Source: Octopus vulgaris
Taxonomy: Eukaryota
Assembly: GCA_951406725.2 (NCBI GenBank)
Contig: OX597814.1
Coordinates: 79,608,001-79,672,000 of the forward strand
Reading direction: 5' to 3'
DNA length: 64,000 bases
Made by a program: the position numbers and the translations under genes
Shown here: positions 26,553 to 41,258 of the stretch, piece by piece
Layout of the letters: every line of letters starts with the position of its first letter
Numbering within the stretch: the first letter of the stretch is position 1
The notes under the pieces: generated by a model
What the model saw: the letters and a program-made list of their open reading frames with translations, nothing else
Database searches by the model: none
Told to the model about the DNA's origin: nothing

Positions 26553-26886
26553 ATGGGCAAGTGTCTTCTGCTATAGCCCCGGGCCGACCAATGCCTTGTG
26601 AGTGGATTTGGTAGACAGAAATTGAAAGAAGCCTGTCGTATATATGTATATATATATGTATGCGTGTGTGTGTTTGTGTGTCTGTGTTTGTCCCCCTAGC
26701 ATTGCTTGACAACCGATGCTGGTGTGTTTACGTCCCCGTCACTTAGCGGTTCGGCAAAAGAGACCGATGGAATAGGTACTGGGCTTCCAAAGAATAAGTC
26801 CCGGGGTTGATTTGCTCGACTAAAGGCGGTGCTCCAGCATGGCCGCAGTCAAATGACTGAAACAAGTAAAAGAGTAAAAGAGAGTA
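26553..26886 (+). mobile_element. SINE family A (5'-truncated, young)
   Basis: GGGCAAGTGTCTTC...internal microsatellite...GGCGGTGCTCCAGCATGGCCGCAGTCAAATGACTGAAACAAG. Confidence 0.85.
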
Positions 26887-26927
26887 TGTATGATGTATGT
26901 ATGTATGTATGTATGTATGTATGTATG

Positions 26928-26985
<58 letters not shown>

Positions 26986-27057
26986 CATTATATATATGTG
27001 AATATCATATACTTTTTAATATGCAGACATGTATATCTATGTATAGTATATGCGACA

Positions 27058-27124
<67 letters not shown>

Positions 27125-28619
27125 TGTGTATATATGTGTGTATGGGTGCATAGATATGGAAATAAATAAATAAAGAAAAACGTGGTCATGTAGTTCCCAT
27201 GTAAGTGTCTTTATGTGTCTCTATGTTGACCTGTGCTCATTCTGTTTGTTTACTGATGGGCACTTTCCTTTGAACATTTTTTTCTTCGCTTGCCTCTCAC
27301 CTGAATACGTACCTGCTTATTGCCAAGTAACAGCTTCGTGATATTCATGTACGACCATCATGAAGCCATTTCTGCTCGTGACTTTTGAGTATGTTCAATA
27401 CGTTTGCTTATATCATCACGTTCAATTTACTCATGCACTAATATAAACATAAATGTATGCGAAATAACGAGCAAGCATCTAGCTGCATCGCTCGACCTGC
27501 TAGAAATGGCAGCCAAATATCTATCAATGGACACTCTATTTGATAATGAAGTTCTAGACAGACAAAGAAAGATAAGATGGTCATGACTAGAACGCTTTTG
27601 ACCAGTGATCCTCTTGATCACGTAGCAATCAAATATTCTGCCTTAAAAAAAAGCGAGGGCATATTGATAATGTGTTACCTCTAGATACATTATGTATGAG
27701 AGGAAAAAACGTACGGCTTGTTCAAAGCATGTCTTTGATCATAGGGTTCTTTCATCAGACAACAATTGAAACGTATGTTTATATATCACCAGTCTTTCAT
27801 GTAAATAGGATTTAATAATCACAGGAAAGCCTCGAATGACCGAGCTGATAGGGTGTCACTTTATAAGTTATAGTGTCAATGGTTCATAGCCCACAATAAT
27901 TGTTGTATTGAATAAACTGTTAATCCGTTACTTATTACTAGAATACATAAGGCTACTCTATGAGTTCGTTGTTGAATTAGCATTAAGTATAAGAGAAATA
28001 TCTCTTCCTGAATTAGAAGCTCATCTTTGTTTATTTTCTTCATTGGTTCTTTTTTATCGTGCATTTTTGAACGTTAGTACTGCTATTGGTTATATCATTA
28101 TGCGAACCAAGCACCATTTTAATGTAAATGCTTCCTAATAATCATCACTACTACGGTTACTCCTATCTACGTCAACTAATTGGAAAATTAAGTATTTGGC
28201 TATCGACACAATACTAGTTTAGTATCTGGATATGAATCACTATCAGCCTTTCACCATGCTAACAATATTCTCCGTACCTTCCTCGTGTTCCTGACTAAGC
28301 CTTGACTCTATCCATATATCACAAAGCAATTGATGAGAAGAGTGTTACGTTCAGAAAAAATAGTACCAGTCTTCAGCGAAATTCATGGTTTACAGTTAAG
28401 AGCGCAAGAAGAGATGAGCTCTGACGTGTAGGGCTGGTTTCTTTGTTACGAGGGCTGTTTGCGAATATTTACCCAAAATTGGTTCGAAGAGGAGCAGTTT
28501 CGGCGAAGTAATCTTGCTCTAAAATCCATTAGATGGAAATGTAAATTTAGCATAATACTTACGATCAAACGTTCTATCTTGGCTCTTTGTATGGAGAACC
28601 GGTCGAAATGTCTTTCATA

Positions 28620-29548
<929 letters not shown>

Positions 29549-30004
29549 GTCTTAAGAATGTTAGGAATGCAATAATCATATGGATAGAGGATGAAATACT
29601 GGCTGGCCGTTCATGAGTGCAAATAGCCACTACGCACGTGTCTGTTTATTTAAGATATTTTATTTTAGCTGTCTTAGATTGCCTGGCTAAAGTATTGTCA
29701 TCTGGTCACAATCTCCTTCGTCAACTTTTATTATGCTTCAGTCAAATGAGATTACGGTTCACTGCACAGCTAGCCGATAGATAATCGGATCATATCCTGT
29801 TGTTGGCCAGTTCCGTTGTATAAGTGACCAGATCTCACGTTTGCCTAGTCCAGCGAACTATAAATAAGTGCTATGGTGTAGGAATAATTGCAGCACCGTG
29901 TCGAGAATTTAATTTGTTCATAGAGCACAGTTCATCTCTCGTTAATTAGTTTACAGCAGGATAAGCTCCAAGAAGCTGACTGTTCCTAAATACACAACAT
30001 AACT

Positions 30005-30192
30005 GATTCCAAATTTTGGCACAAGGCCAGCAAGTTCAGGGTTGGGGAGATAAATCGATTATATCGACCCCCAGTACTCAACTGCTAGTTATACTAAGGA
30101 TGAAAGACAAAGTCGACCTCGGCGGAATTTGAACTCAGAACGCAGCGATGAACGAAATGCCACTAAGCATACGATTCTGCTAGCTTTCCACC
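30005..30192 (-). mobile_element. SINE family C
   Basis: AAAGTCGACCTCGGCGGAATTTGAACTCAGAACG, the reverse complement of the 47801 element. Confidence 0.75.
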
Positions 30193-30757
30193 ATAAATAC
30201 AGTACATAATTACTATGAAGTGCAGAACGGTTTCAACATCAAGCGTACATCAAGAACAGACCCGGAAAACAGTGGTATCAAGAACCGACATTTCTTATAT
30301 TAACACACTATGAAGCTAGGAATTTCAGTAAGCTGTCCCGTCGATCTTCGTTGGCGTTCAGAATCTTCTCGTGAATGTAGTGTCTCTTGTTCACTACTAA
30401 CTTTTTTTAAGAAATGCAGCAACTGCACTTCCCTAAAAGCCAATATATCATAGGATTCAAATTTTCAAACACTATTGAAATCGTCAATCCATCGTATTGA
30501 CATCAGTTGGAAATATTGTTAAGCTTTGTTATTTGAACCATAGCAAAATTTGATGACGATCTGGTGCTATGATAACATGTGATTATAGAGGTAATATGGG
30601 GCCGTAGTTGCATATTCGTTGACAAACTCGTTCAGAAGTCACATTTTCTACATGAGATTTATATTTCGATAAAGCATAACGTCAATTTATTCAGAAAGAA
30701 TTCGCAGTATTTAGAAAGAACATTTCAATGATCTTTAGTTTACTGTTGGATCAGGAG

Positions 30758-30923
30758 CAGGGCTGGCCCTAAGGTTGCTGGTGCCCCGAGCAAATTGAAC
30801 TTCAGTGTGTACAAGCTGACGGTCGTGGAAATTTCCATGTCTTTGTCACACCCTCCTTGGTGCCCCCTAGCACATGGTGCACCGAGCGACTGCCCGAGTT
30901 GCTGGCACCTTGAGCCAGCCCTG
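30758..30923. mobile_element. hAT-type MITE (166 bp)
   Basis: TIRs CAGGGCTGGC / GCCAGCCCTG with a perfect 8-bp TSD ATCAGGAG (30750-30757, 30924-30931). Confidence 0.9.
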
Positions 30924-31260
30924 ATCAGGAGTGTCCTTACAATGATTGCAATATCGTCTGATTATAGGTCAAAACTAGCTGAAATAATGACATCACCTAA
31001 AAGTACCACAATGTCTAACAGTGGCAGGCATATGACCACAGCATTTCTGAGAGGGAACATTAACGATCAGATTAATCTCAGTATAGAATTTTATCGTTTC
31101 CCTGGAAGGATGAAAGCAAAGTTAATACTGGCAAAATTACAGCGTAGGATATACAGAAGCAAAATTTAACTGTTTGGTAGTTAATCCAGAGTTATGAAAA
31201 ACAACAGCAATAGTAGTAAAGGATTGAATGACGACGGCGACGACAATGAGAATAGTAATA

Positions 31261-31313
<53 letters not shown>

Positions 31314-33719
31314 AATGATGATGTTTACTTGCATAGTCAGAAGGCTAGAAATTTGTGGGTGAAGAGTATAATTGATTTTGCCGACTCTCACCGAGCTCCA
31401 TGTATTTGAAAAGCAAAGTCAACCTCGAAATGGTATGAAATCAGAATGTAAGCAATACAACAAGGCGCTCAATCTATTCTGCTTTTCACTACACTTCCCG
31501 AATGTATTATAGTTCTCCAAATATGGCAACTACGACAATGCTGAAGTAGCGTTATTTTTTTTCTTTTCTCGAATCATTACCATGTTATTAATTTTTCTCA
31601 TTGCAATTGTTTGCTTGTTTTTCTGTTTGTTTATCTACATATCTCATCTAGCTATATTTTCCAGCCTTGCCTCCGTATCATTTGTAATAGGAAAATATAT
31701 ATAAATATCTCACGTCAGCCATATTTGACCAGTTTGACAGCTAGCGTTAGAGATTGGTTGAAAAATTGTTATTTAGCGATGCTGCGAGAGAGATACATAT
31801 ATTTAGTAACGTATCATTGGAAACAACGTTGTACTAAGAGCAAGAGATGGAGAGAGATGGAGACAGAGAGGGAAGGATGGTATAATAAAGAGTGATAGAA
31901 AGAGAAAAGCAGAGTAAACGGAAGAAATACAACATATAGGTAGGTAGATGGATAATACATACAACATAGCCATACACGTGTGTGTATGTGTGTGTGTGTA
32001 TGTATGAGTGTATATGTGTGTGTGCGTAAAAGATGAAGGATAGAAAATGGTAGATTGTTTGGCATAAATAATCCTAATCAATAAGACCCGATGAAGTTAC
32101 TACTTGAATCACTTAGATATCGCACGCAATATATCTCAATGAAACAGCCAATGAGTATTGGCTTCTGTGCACGCTGAGGTGAAAGGAGATATTGAGAAGG
32201 AGCGAGCTATGATTAAATGACGTATCATAGGTTTCGAAAATAAATAAAATATCATTGGAATATTTCATATTCAATACAGAGGCTACATAGCATGTTACGG
32301 GACATTTATTCTTAATAGATTCCAAGTATGAAGTTAGCTCCTAAGGGAAAAACCAACTCTATGATGTAGTTTCAGTTCCCAGCTGAAGCCAATTCGATTA
32401 TGTTACTAATTCTATTGAGAAAGGAATAAACATCATGTAAACACATTTCCTTTACCAATAGATATGTGCTTTTGTAACTAAGTAAAAAGTCACTTCAATA
32501 GCTTCAACGCAGAAGTAAAAGTATTGGAAAATATGTGTTTAATCTGTTGATTATCATATCACTTAAGAAAGAATGAAAGCCTCACACTTATTTTTACTCT
32601 GATTTAAAAATCTGAAGTTGTTATTATTTAGGTCATCCCTAGCTGAGCAGTTCTATGATCAAATGTATTCCCACCATAACCATCAAATATAGATATATTA
32701 TCATAAATATCCTCTTTATTAGACAGTATGATGTGACTTGATAAAGATGTGGTTGCTATATCTTGCAGGACAAACGTACTCGTAATGTCACTTTGACTAT
32801 AAAAACAACTCATTAATGAGAGTCGTTGGATTGTCTCAGAAAGTTTCGTCTCCATGTAGCATGCTAAGAGAAAGTCGAAGTGAACGAGATTATTTCTCCC
32901 TATGAGTTTGAAGATTAAATTAAGTGATATCTACTAATGAAGATATAAGCAAAATAAACATTAAAAATGCTTTGCACAACGTAGAAACTGTATAAGCTAC
33001 TGAGAGGTTTTCCAAGCTCTTCTAAAGTTGGGAACCTCTCCATATCCTTAATAGGTATCTCAAGGTCACAAGCGTTTTGCCCCCTTAGCCTGTACATTTC
33101 GTCTGTGGTGGGCAGCGAGGATTGAACAAGTCTTTGATCACGAAAGGATTCCACTTGCGGTTTCTTATCAACTATAGCCACTTTGGGCTTGATTCAGCTG
33201 CTGTACTTCTCCCTTTGGTAGCTTTCTTCAGTTGCTTTCCTTCCAGGAACTTATATCACATTTGCAGTTATTATTACTATACGTCACTCAGACTGCCTCG
33301 TATATATGGAAAAGAAAAAAATATACATATTAGAAAAGAAGATCAACGTGATTTTGAAATGGCGGCGAAATAGTATAATTAGATAATATAGCATTTCAAT
33401 ACTCATTCCGGCTCTCAGAGTTCATACGCTACTGAAGGCAACTTAGTATTTAACCACCTTCATGGTATCAGTAACTAAATTACTGAGATCGAGTCTTTTT
33501 TCACTCTGGATCGTAAGTGAACCATCTTTGTCTCATCATGTTACGCTGATTAGACCTGAGTGTTGCGTTAAATGTCTACATATCTATGAAAGACTCATAC
33601 GTCATAAGTTAATTTCACGAGTAGAAATTTAGTTTATGAAACAACTGAATATTCAAACAAACCAGAAGAAAACCTACCATATTAACGAAGAAACTGAAGT
33701 TGACGTTTTATACTCATTT

Positions 33720-33797
33720 TGTCCTAAATTATAATTTTATATCCATCTTATCCTAAATTATAATTTTATATCCATCTTATCTTAAATTATAATTTAG
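33720..33797. repeat. 29-bp tandem repeat (~2.6 copies)
   Basis: TCCTAAATTATAATTTTATATCCATCTTA repeated. Confidence 0.85.
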
Positions 33798-33889
33798 AGG
33801 GAAAAAACTCGAATTTTATATCGTTTCTTTTACTGGAAAGCTGGTGAGTCAAGAGCGTTTTGACAAGATTCGTAGATATTCCTGGATCG

Positions 33890-34092
33890 TTAAGCTACAG
33901 AAGCCTATCGTTGAAATATCTTTCTGAAAGCTATAGAATCTAAATTAAATGAACCTGTCGTTGAGGCATTATATAGAAAGCTGTAGAATTAATCAAGCTA
34001 AGCTGACGTTGAAGTATCACAACGAAAATTGCAGAATCTAAGAGAAATCAACTTGATATTGAGGTTTTACAACACGAAACTGGAGAATCTAA
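33890..34092. repeat. degenerate ~50-bp tandem repeat (~4 copies)
   Basis: Recurring CGTTGA(A/G)...GAAAGCT(A/G)TAGAATCTAA units. Confidence 0.65.
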
Positions 34093-34584
34093 TGGCGCAT
34101 TCCAACCAAAGGACACTCATAAAAGGATCCAATTTTAGTACTGCCAGCTAATGAAACACACGACTCATAAAATATCGGTGATATCTTTAACACCCATGTT
34201 TCCTATTTATATATATTGCTGATCTATGCTGTTGTACAGGGAAGGGATTTGACTAGTGGCATAGTAACAAATCATGGATTATTTAGAACTATGCACCTTA
34301 TCTAAACTATATGTGTCGGGATATTTGAACTCAATACACTTCGTATCGTGGTTACTTACACAACATGCTATACTGTTAGTTAATTACGATGTGTACGAGC
34401 ATCATAATTAAGTAAGGTTGTAACAAGCTAATTACGCGATGCAGGTTCGATGATTGGTTGGAGGCAGCGTAAGATCCTCTATGTAGTCATTCTACTTGCT
34501 AAATATAGCAGCTACATCTTTTCTAATTCATACTATTTTATGAAAATGGGTAGGTCACGTACCATAAATAGTTATAGATGAATC

Positions 34585-35000
34585 TTGTTTCAACCATCAT
34601 ATTGTAACCATACTGGGGCACCGCCTTGAAGAATCTTAGACGAACGAATAAACACTAGTGCTTATTTTCTTTTAACCTGATACTAATTCAATCAATCACT
34701 TGGCTGAACTGCTAAGTTGCGGGTTCGTAACATCCATGTTTCCTATTTATATATATTATATACACACCTACACCGGTTGTCAATTGGTGTGGGTGGGTGA
34801 CAAAGAAAGACACAAAGACACACACACACACATAAATATATATGACGGGCGTCTTTAGTCTCTATGTAACAAATCCATTCAAAGGGCTTTGGTCGGCTCG
34901 AGGCTACAGTAGAAAGCACTTGACCAAGGTGCCACGCAGTGGGAATGAACACAGAACCATGTGGGTGGGAAGCAAGCTACTTACCACTCAGCAACGCCTG
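34585..35000 (-). mobile_element. SINE family A (degenerate)
   Basis: Head and tail homology to family A. Confidence 0.7.
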
Positions 35001-35454
35001 TCTGGAAAAAAAAACAAAGCAAAGAAGAAAAAAAACAAAGATAGTGTGATCATACAGGAATAGAAAAAAACGTTTGTTCGTAGGATAACTAGATCGAGGC
35101 CATACAGCTATTTCTGGCTGCAATTCCTGTAATTTGAAGAGATTTGGAGGCTCTTCCAAACTAAATTTGTCACATGGAGATGACACATTGTGACATATAT
35201 AATTCTTCTTCATGTATATATATGTGTATGTATGTATGTATGTATGTATGTATGTATGTATGTATGTATGTATGTATGTATTTATGTATGTATGTATGTA
35301 TGTATGTATGTATGTATGTATGTATGTATCTATGTATGTATTTATGTATGTATCTATGCATGCAAGTATGTATGTATGTCAGGTCAGTTATGTATGTATG
35401 TGTGTATGTATGTATGTATGTATGTATGTCAGATCACTTATGTGGCTCTCATAA

Positions 35455-36135
35455 GTGCTACTGGCAACATGGAATCCAGTACAGCCTGTTGTATGGTCGG
35501 GCTGTCGGTGACTAAACCGGCACCCCCACCAGGCTACCCTGGTGAGGATGGATGCTAGAAACCTGTTGAACGGTCGGATGGACCTAGTGCAGGCTCAATG
35601 GCAATCTTGCAATAGCGCGGGTACACAGAAATTCTGAGATGGTGTTCTTGTTCGGCATGCTAGAAGACCACTGGGAGTGAGGTACCCCTCAGCTTCAGTT
35701 GAAGCATGTCTCTAGGAGAAGGTCACTCTGATATAAAACCAGATATGCAGGGAATGGCATTGGACATTTTGGGGATCTTTGGTTTGTGCTAGAGGTCATG
35801 GCGCTCCCACATCCCTGAGCCTGCGACTCATATTGGCACCAGACATCTCGCTCTGTCAATACAGTGGAGAGGGTATATGAGGTGTCAGGCAAGCCTTATT
35901 AGACCTAAAACTCTGCACTGGCGTTGCTGAGCGCTGCTCGATATGAAAGCGCACTGCTTGCGTGGTGAATGGGGAAAGCTTGGTTTGCAATGTTTGCAGT
36001 CGTGTATGCTTGTCAAGAGCAGGGCTCATTAGCCACCAACGGAGCTGCAAATGCAAAATATAAGTTATTCCTAGAGCGCACAATGTTCCTAAAGGTCAGA
36101 AATGGTCTTCCTCGATCACGAGTGGACTGCCATCA
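35455..36135 (+). mobile_element. internally deleted non-autonomous RTE: 5' UTR joined to the ORF C-terminus and 3' end
   Basis: 5' part shared with 61670-61560 on the minus strand; 35965-36063 translates VNGESLVCNVCSRVCLSRAGLISHQRSCKCKI* (RTE-type C-terminal zinc finger); RTE-like end ...GAGTGGACTGCCA. Confidence 0.75.
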
Positions 36136-36339
36136 TGTATCTATGGACATATATGCAAGCTAGTGTATATAACTTTCTGTCTGTGATTGGGTATACATGT
36201 AAATATGTGTGCATGTGCTTGAGTAAATGTATGAGCATGTATGTGCATGTCTGTGAAAATGTGCAGTCATGTGTGTGTAAATATGTGAACACATGTGTGC
36301 GTCCGTGTGTGCGTGTGCGTGCGTGTAAATATATATGTG

Positions 36340-36399
<60 letters not shown>

Positions 36400-36837
36400 C
36401 GTGTGTATTTACTTGTAAATGTGTCTGCAAATGTCCATGAGTAGGCAGACCAATTTAACAAATGGCTTTGTTATTACATCTACTGGCTGGCAGAAACCTC
36501 AGACTTTCAGAGTTTCTGTAATAGCAATGGTCACTAGAGGAATGATTATGTCAACAACAGTTATGAAGGACGGTTACTGATGAAGATAGATATCGTGTGT
36601 CACATGGAGATAAATTTTAATACACAAATTCGAATGTATTCGATAACTGAGCCCAGCAACGCAAATTTACGAAACACTGGGTAACTATACGTTATCTCGC
36701 TGTTTACCCAACTCCTATTATTTATACTCACGGGCTGCAACAATCATAGTAACAAATTTACTGCGAGATAGACTGTGACACAATGTTTTCTTCGTTAGAT
36801 ATGGTTGGTTGGAACTTCCTATACGCTGGAATATGCT

Positions 36838-37077
36838 TTCTTCTTCTTCTTCTTCTTCTTCTTCTTCTTCTTCTTCTTCTTCTTCTTCTTCTTCTTCTTC
36901 TTCTTCTTCTTCTTCTTCCCCTCCTCCTCCTACTACTGCTTTTCTTTTTCGCCTCCTTTTCTTTTCTTCGATTCTCCTCCTCCTCCTGCTACTGCTGACG
37001 CCGCCGCCTCCTCCTCCTCCTCCTCCTCCTCCTCCTCCACCACCACCACCACCACCACCGCCACCACCGCTGCTGCA

Positions 37078-37144
<67 letters not shown>

Positions 37145-37145
37145 T
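36838..37145. repeat. (CTT)n/(CCT)n/(CCA)n/(CTA)n microsatellites
   Basis: Direct reading. Confidence 0.95.
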
Positions 37146-37488
37146 TTTTCTCCCCCTCCTCTTCCCTCTTTTCACCACCTTTCTTCGTCTTCCTCTATTA
37201 CCGTCCTTCACAACTGTTCCTGACATGACCAGTTCTCTAGTGACCATTGCTATTACACAAAATCTGTAAGTCTGTCGTTTCTACTAACCAGTTGAAGCAA
37301 CAACCAAGCCATTTGTTAAATTGCTTTGCCTACGCATAAATATTCACACACACACACACATACACACACAGATGTACGCACATAAATATTCACACAATCA
37401 CAAACACATAGAGTATGCATACACACTCACGTACGTACATATATTCATATATACATTTATACACACTTCTCTGCATACATATATATAT

Positions 37489-37556
<68 letters not shown>

Positions 37557-38164
37557 TCTTACATAACGTCAGTTGTCTAAATATGGTAACCTTGAAGGGC
37601 AAAGTATAAAAAAAAGATTGCACAGTTTAGAGGAGTTTAGAAAGAGAAGATAAATTAGAATGTGCTCAATCCGTGTAATGGTAATTTCTCGTTGAATTCT
37701 TTTTATCTATTTTTAATAAAGAACAAATTAGTAGATATATATAGAGAGAATATTTTTGTTGTATTTAAGGAGCTATGCTACACATTATTTTGATTATGAC
37801 ATTTTCTAAAATATAATGATTTCTAACATATGCCTCAGATTTTCGGGGGTGATATGACTGATTAAAATGATTCCAGCACTTGACTGTTATCTATTTATAG
37901 TGCTCGTGGGGAGGTAAAACGAAGTCAACATGGAAAGAATTTGAATATAGACTGTTAAGAAAGGAAGTTAAATACCTTTAGGCACTTTTTTCAATCGTTC
38001 GCTGTTTTTCTCTCTTCAAAACGAACATTTAAACACATTTTTAAAAAAATTCATTCATCGATACCTGTAAAGATAATAAGGATGAGTGATGGTATTGATG
38101 TCATTTGCAATTACTTAGATAAGTTTAAAATTGAATATTTGTATTATTATTTTATTCTTTCATT

Positions 38165-38580
38165 CTTTTATTCTTTTATTTGTTTCGGTAGTTTGACTGC
38201 GGCCATGCTGGAGCACCGCCTTAAAGGGTATTTTAGTCTAAAATATCGACCACGGGATTTGTAAGCCTAGTACTTTTTCTCTCGGTCTCTTTTTACCGAA
38301 CCGCTTAATTACCGGGGCGCAAACACACCAACATCGGCTGTCAAACGATGGTGGGGAACGACCACATACAAACACACACACATTCATACACACACACACA
38401 CACACACACACACATACTATAGATTTCTTTCAGTTTCCGTTTACCAAGTTCACTCACAAGGCTTTGGTCTGCCCGAGGCTATAGTAGAAGACACTTGCCC
38501 AAGGTTCCACGCAGTAGGACCGGACCCGAAATCATGTGGGTGGCAAACAAGCTTCTTACCAAACAGCCACGCCTGCGCCT
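38165..38580 (-). mobile_element. SINE family A, full length
   Basis: Starts AGGCGCAGGCGTGGCTGTTTGGTAAGAAG on the minus strand; tail GGCGGTGCTCCAGCATGGCCGCAGTC. Confidence 0.85.
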
Positions 38581-38639
38581 ATGTATACACTTTTATTTCC
38601 GATAACATTGTGCAAATGCCATTGTGTAAAATCACTGAC

Positions 38640-39060
38640 TACCAGATTTGTGCCCTAAAGTAAATGACATTACGTCAAGGGTAGTTTATTTCACAACTTT
38701 CTTAGTTTAGAGATGCAATGCGCGATCCCTGTGGAGTCTTACAAATAGACGAAACTAGTTAAAGGTTAACCCATTTTCCGCTATTAAAGGTCTTTTGATT
38801 AATTCTCAGGCTATAGTTTCAAGAGGCGAATTATTTGGCGGTCGCAATATCTCAAAGTGTGGAAGGAACTTGTATGAAAGGATCTGAATGATATGGTTAG
38901 TTTATGGAACTTCAACCACACCTGAAATAACAAACTCAGCTTCCATGAGATATTAGAGTCTGTTCTTCTATATGGATGTGAACGTTGAAACCGCAGCCGA
39001 CCATGCAGAAGACTCTGGACTGGTGTTACATCAGATGGCTGCTTGCAATACTTAATGTCT
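38640..39060 (+). mobile_element. decayed RTE-like LINE 3' fragment
   Basis: ILESVLLYGCE motif near 38950-38985. Confidence 0.5.
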
Positions 39061-39371
39061 AACACAAAATGTCATAAAAGTCAAGTACTTAATGTCACAA
39101 AAGTTAAGTACAGCCAATACTTGATTTTTAACATCTCCAATATATGATGCACACTATGGTTGGCAGAAAAAGGCAAAACACTCAATGAAAAATTCCATGA
39201 TATTAAAGTGTGTGGGGTAAGCATTACTGCTACATCTGTGCCCATCAAGAAGTGCCTATCATTTCCATATCTGTACAAAAGAGTGTAACTCCTAAGTAAA
39301 ACTCAAAACCAACATGCGGCTTATTTTTAACGTAACAGTCTAGCGATGGTATTGTTTGATGTTGAGTTGAA

Positions 39372-39420
<49 letters not shown>

Positions 39421-39452
39421 TGTGTGTGTGTTGTGTGTGTGTGTAGTGTATA

Positions 39453-41155
39453 AAATAAAAGAAGGAAAAGGCACACACTTCCCATAGTTTTAATATATTT
39501 AAATATATATCTAATATTGTGTTTGTCGACCGGTTTTGCTTTCACTAATCATGAAATTGAAATTATCATAGTTTCGTATTTTCTTAAGAAGGTTTTAGTC
39601 TATGATGTGGGTGGAGAAGTTTGCGAATGAATGATTCAAATAGTGGAAAAATTTAAGCGGAGGTAATTGGTGATCGTTATTATTGAGGTAATTGCTCATC
39701 TTTCGAGGAGGGGATAAATAAATATACACAAAAACTTAAATGCTAAAGTAGTGAGATGAAATATGTACAGTGATGGGTGTGTAATCATGAATTAAAATAC
39801 ATACTGACATCAAAGTTGGTCATGCGTTCATATTTAGACGTGTTCTATATTTTTTGAAGAACAAATTTCTTTATTTAAACGTTCTTGTATAGAAATTGTT
39901 TCTTTGCACTATTAGTTGGGGAAAACTGTGAAGCTTGATTAGATATTATCTGCACAGCTCTCTATGTACTCACTCAAAGGAATCTATCTCTATTGCAGGA
40001 ATCGGATCTGTTCCTTACGTAGAGTGGTTCTCCGTCTCAGTGTCATACTTCTCTGTCCTATATATTTATGTCCACAACCTGAGCAAGTTATAACATGAAT
40101 TAGTTTCTCGGAAGTACAAGTGAAGTTGGTTTTGTGACCCTCTCTCCTTGTTTGAATAGTATGTTGGGGCATGTTCCACAATTTTGGTGTCCAAAAAGAC
40201 AATATCCACCCTCACGTATAGACAATGGAATTAAGCGTGCTAAGAAATTAGACATTAAAACATGAAGGGCAAGAAAATGTAACTCCACACCTCATCCCAA
40301 AACACTACTGTATACATCAACTTACAACCCTAGAAACAATGTGGCATAACACACTATTGTACAAAATCTACCTTTGTTCACTAGAGATCAAAAAGTGAAC
40401 AACATTCTGAAAAAAACACACATTTAACAACTGCAAAAAAGCAACACAAATTACTGAAAAGACTTCTAACAAATGCGACCTTTTACACAACAACCACGAA
40501 ATCAACGGTTAAAAAATCTGGACGCCAAAACTGTGGAACATGCTCCAACCTACTGGAAGGCTCGGAATTCTTATTCAAACAAGGAGAGAGGGTCACAATT
40601 AAAACCAACTTCACTTGTGCTTCCGAGAATCTAATCTATGTTATAACTTGCTCAGGTTATATAGGACAGATAAGTATGACAAGTATACAAGAACGTATAA
40701 ATAAAGAAAATATGAATACATAGCCAACTTTGATCTCAGTACATATTTTAATTCATGATCACATACCCATCACTGTACATATTTCATCTCACTACTTTAG
40801 CTTTAATTTTTTGTGTATATTTATTTATCCCCTCCTCGAAAGATGAGCAATTACCTCAATAATAACGATCACCAATTACCTCCTCTTAAATTTTTCCACT
40901 ATTTGAATCATTCATTCGCGAACTTCTCCACCCACATCATAGACTAAAATCGTCTTAAGAAAATACAAAATTACAATAATTTCAATTTCATGATTAGCAA
41001 AAACGAAACCGGTCGACAAACACAATCTAAGATATATCAAAAAAATATATTAAAACTGTGAAGTGTGTGCATTTACCTTCTTTATTTCAAATATGTTTTC
41101 TTTTTGCATTACAACTCACGTCTTGGGGATAATCGAAATTCTTCCCTTTTTGTGA
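39453..41155. mobile_element. Penelope-like element 3' region (GIY-YIG endonuclease) with inverted duplication
   Basis: Plus strand 40200-40680 gives STYNP...CK...RQNCGTC...TNFTCASENLIYVITCSG; minus strand gives TNFTCTSEKLIHVITCSGCGHKYIGQ; inverted arms 39453-40197 / 40519-41087; GAAACCGGTC HHR remnant at ~41005. Confidence 0.85.
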
Positions 41156-41156
41156 T

Positions 41157-41258
<102 letters not shown>

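Noticed and set aside
33890-34092. Possible CRISPR array
   Set aside because: Repeats are not identical, the spacers are mutually related, there are no cas genes, and the context is eukaryotic
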